Source: Bdellovibrionota bacterium
GTDB lineage: Bacteria; Bdellovibrionota_C; UBA2361; OMII01
Direction of reading: 5' to 3'
Assembly (NCBI GenBank): GCA_044356215.1
Contig: JBIKWQ010000041.1
Coordinates: 1 to 30,654, forward strand
Length of the DNA stretch: 30,654 nt
The position numbers and the translations under genes are program-made. This document shows, one piece after another, positions 28,302 to 30,654 of the stretch. The notes under the pieces are model-generated. The model ran no database searches and was not told the origin of the DNA. It worked only from the letters and a program-made list of their open reading frames with translations. Each line of letters opens with the position of its first letter. The stretch's first letter is position 1.

Positions 28302-29867
28302 CTAAACTCCTGATATCTCCGCCACAATCGCATCAATATCCCTACGCAGCTTGTCAATCTTGGCGACGGTGGTCTTTATCTCAGCGTTAAGCTTCACAAT
28401 GTCCGTCACCTCACGGTTATCTTTCGCCTCTACATAACTACTAACCGACAAATTATACTCATTTGCGACAATACTCTCGAAGCTAATCGATTTAGCAAAG
28501 TGCTCAATATCCTCCTTACTATCAAACACCCGAATGATCTGCTGAATATGCCCTGGGTTTTCGACATCGTCATTATCAGTAATGACGTTATTGTTAGTTT
28601 CCTTCTTAAAGAGACCACTGGCATCAATAAACTGAATTTTCGTATCAGTCTTATTTTTGGCCAACACTAAAATAGTTACGGCGATAGTCGTGCCATAAAA
28701 AAGATTAGGCGCCAGTGAAATGATCGTCTCTATATAATTATTATCGACTAAATACTTACGAATCTTCTGCTCTGCGCCGCCGCGATAGAAGATACCGGGG
28801 AAGCAAACTATTGCTGCGCGCCCTTTGCCCGAGAGGTAGCTAAGCGCGTGTAGCACGAAAGCAAAATCTGCTTTAGATTTGGGCGCAAGCACGCCCGCAG
28901 GCGCGAAGCGATCGTCGTTAATCAGGGTTGGGTCATCTGAGCCTATCCACTTAACTGAGTACGGCGGATTAGAGACGATCGCATCGAAGGGTTTTTCATC
29001 GCCGAAATACGGAGTGCGTAATGTATCACCCAGCTTGATATTAAACTTGTCGTAGTTAATATTGTGCAAGAACATGTTCATACGCGCTAAGTTGTAGGTG
29101 GTGTGGTTAATCTCCTGACCAAAAAAACCCTCTTCCACGATATGGGTATCAAAGTGTTTTTTAGCTTGCAGCAGTAAGGAACCAGAGCCACATGCAGGGT
29201 CGTAGATCTTATTCACGGTGGTTTGCTTGTGCATAGCGAGCTGCGCAATCAGTTTTGAAACATGTTGCGGCGTAAAGAACTCGCCGCCTGACTTACCAGC
29301 ATTAGCCGCATAGTTAGATATAAGAAATTCGTAGGCGTCTCCGAAGAGATCGATTTGGCTGCCGTGAAAGTCGCCAAACTCAAGGCCTGCCACCCCTTTA
29401 AGCACCGCGGTTAGGCGTAGGTTTTTATCTTTGACGGTATTGCCGAGGCGGTTACTGGTCGTATCAAAGTCGGCGAACAGGCCTCTAATGTCATCCTCTG
29501 AAGGATAGCCACTCGCCGACGATTCGATTTCGGCGAAGATTTTAGCCAACTCAGTATTCAAGCTCTGATTGGTATTGGAGCTCTTAACGACATTCGTAAA
29601 GAGTTGGCTTGGGTAGATGAAATAGCCTTTCGTCTTGATGGCATCGTCTTTAATCTCTGGGGTGATAACGCTATCAGCAAGCTCGGCGTAAATAATGCTC
29701 GCATCATCAGCTTCGATGTAGCTCGCAAAATTCTCACTGATAAAACGATAAAACAGGGCACCAAGTACATACTGTTTAAAATCCCAGCCGTCGACTGCAC
29801 CGCGGACATCATTGGCGATCCGCCAGATCTGGCTCTGTAGGGTCGCTCGTTGTTGGGCGCTTGTCAT
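28302..29867 (-). CDS. hsdM: Type I m6A methyltransferase subunit M
   Basis: [34 protein letters not shown] (motif I), NPPY (motif IV); GAGG RBS. Confidence 0.98.
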   Translation of the reverse strand: MTSAQQRATLQSQIWRIANDVRGAVDGWDFKQYVLGALFYRFISENFASYIEADDASIIYAELADSVITPEIKDDAIKTKGYFIYPSQLFTNVVKSSNTNQSLNTELAKIFAEIESSASGYPSEDDIRGLFADFDTTSNRLGNTVKDKNLRLTAVLKGVAGLEFGDFHGSQIDLFGDAYEFLISNYAANAGKSGGEFFTPQHVSKLIAQLAMHKQTTVNKIYDPACGSGSLLLQAKKHFDTHIVEEGFFGQEINHTTYNLARMNMFLHNINYDKFNIKLGDTLRTPYFGDEKPFDAIVSNPPYSVKWIGSDDPTLINDDRFAPAGVLAPKSKADFAFVLHALSYLSGKGRAAIVCFPGIFYRGGAEQKIRKYLVDNNYIETIISLAPNLFYGTTIAVTILVLAKNKTDTKIQFIDASGLFKKETNNNVITDNDDVENPGHIQQIIRVFDSKEDIEHFAKSISFESIVANEYNLSVSSYVEAKDNREVTDIVKLNAEIKTTVAKIDKLRRDIDAIVAEISGV

Positions 29868-29942
29868 GTAATATTCCTCTCGTTTCTAACTTTACTTGGT
29901 CTTGCAGTACGCCTTCCTGGAGCGAGACAAGGCACAGCAAAC

Positions 29943-30370
29943 ATGTCATCAGTTAAGAATTTTAAGTGGGACTTCTCAAGTAACATACCAGCAAGCCTGT
30001 TACTTGACGGTGCCGCACGAATACCTACCTTTGCTCCATGTTTTTGAACTCTTACGGTAGCTTAGTTTTGCTCCCATGCCCAGCCATGTTCGAAATCGCG
30101 AGTAAGCCATTTCTCAAATTCCTAGGAAACTCTGCCCAAAATTTGGCGATTAGTAGTAAAGAACTAAGTATAGACTCAACTATTGGCATATATACGGTTT
30201 TAAGGACCGTGCTCAAAAGCTATCCACGTGGCGAAAAAATGTTGATAAATTCATCCGGTCGTAACGAGACCTCAAGTTGCTGGCAATAAAATCTTAGTCG
30301 GACTATCGCATTATTATCGATCGGATAAATAAGTCCTCTAAGATCTTTGTCTCAGCTAATTCTCTTAATA
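29943..30370 (+). pseudogene. Probable highly decayed REP-associated tyrosine transposase (RAYT, Y1 HUH)
   Basis: Collinear motif remnants across frames: WDFSS, ACYLTV..LPL, MPSHV (30076), IN-x10-WQ*N (W at 30281), DYRII, ANSLN; adjacent to a GTAG REP-like element. Confidence 0.45.
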
Positions 30371-30500
30371 CACAACTGACTTCAATGTAATCTCCTAAAC
30401 TATCCTTAGAAGCTATCCGCTTTGTTGGGCCTGTGCAGTGGTATTCTTTACTAGGATTCATCTCTCCGCGACCTCGATGTATTTCTCCTATTTATTTTAG

Positions 30501-30526
30501 GGAAGGCCGGCAAAACCCCTCCCTAC
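30501..30526 (-). repeat. REP-like element, copy 2 (with 5' GTAG)
   Basis: Minus strand GTAGGGAGGGGTTTTGCCGGCCTTCC; imperfect hairpin GGAGG..CCTTCC behind the GTAG foot. Confidence 0.85.
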
Positions 30527-30551
30527 TGCAAAAGCGGATCTTGAGCCGCTC

Positions 30552-30632
30552 TTCGAGTTTTCGAGATGGAAAAAAATCCTCAATGTATCGCAGTGGATAC
30601 ACTTGCGGTTTTTTCCCATCTCGAAAATCGAA
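30552..30632. repeat. Long imperfect inverted repeat (81 bp)
   Basis: TTCGA-G-TTTTCGAGATGG..TGTATC / GATACA..CCATCTCGAAAA-TCGAA, with a few bulges and a 6-nt loop. Confidence 0.85.
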
Positions 30633-30654
30633 TATCAACTCAACCTCCACTTTC

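Noticed and set aside
29850..30289. ORFs 29850-30047 and 30038-30289 as independent genes
   Set aside because: No convincing starts; better explained as fragments of a decayed transposase or as non-coding DNA.
30552..30632. Integron attC site
   Set aside because: Lacks the RYYYAAC...GTTRRRY ends in the required orientation; no integrase or cassette array is seen.

Overview
Bacterial chromosomal window with a housekeeping left third and an accessory/defence-like right two-thirds. Left (1-10244): an atypical SDR, a type A2 cytochrome c oxidase operon (SCO-coxB-coxA-coxC-coxD; subunit II carries two c-type heme motifs), a DtxR/MntR regulator, prfB with its programmed +1 frameshift, a BioF-like protein lacking the usual PLP-binding residues, a small orphan ORF and cysE. 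From the cysE stop codon on: three ATPase/PD-(D/E)XK-type genes, a GNAT-like fusion opposite a tandem-MarR protein, a Gfo/Idh/MocA oxidoreductase, a DUF6502-like/lipoprotein/solute-binding trio, a PQ-loop membrane protein and a Type IC restriction-modification locus with the PrrC anticodon nuclease (hsdM, rhuM-like remnant, hsdS, prrC, hsdR). Main unannotated structure: (i) a 45-bp duplication of the cysE 3' end flanks the first ATPase-nuclease gene; (ii) an identical 25-bp GTAG-type REP-like sequence occurs in inverted orientation at 10242 and 30501, bracketing about 20 kb of accessory DNA, next to a probable decayed REP-associated tyrosine transposase. Family assignments come from motif recognition by eye and recalled sequences, not from database searches.
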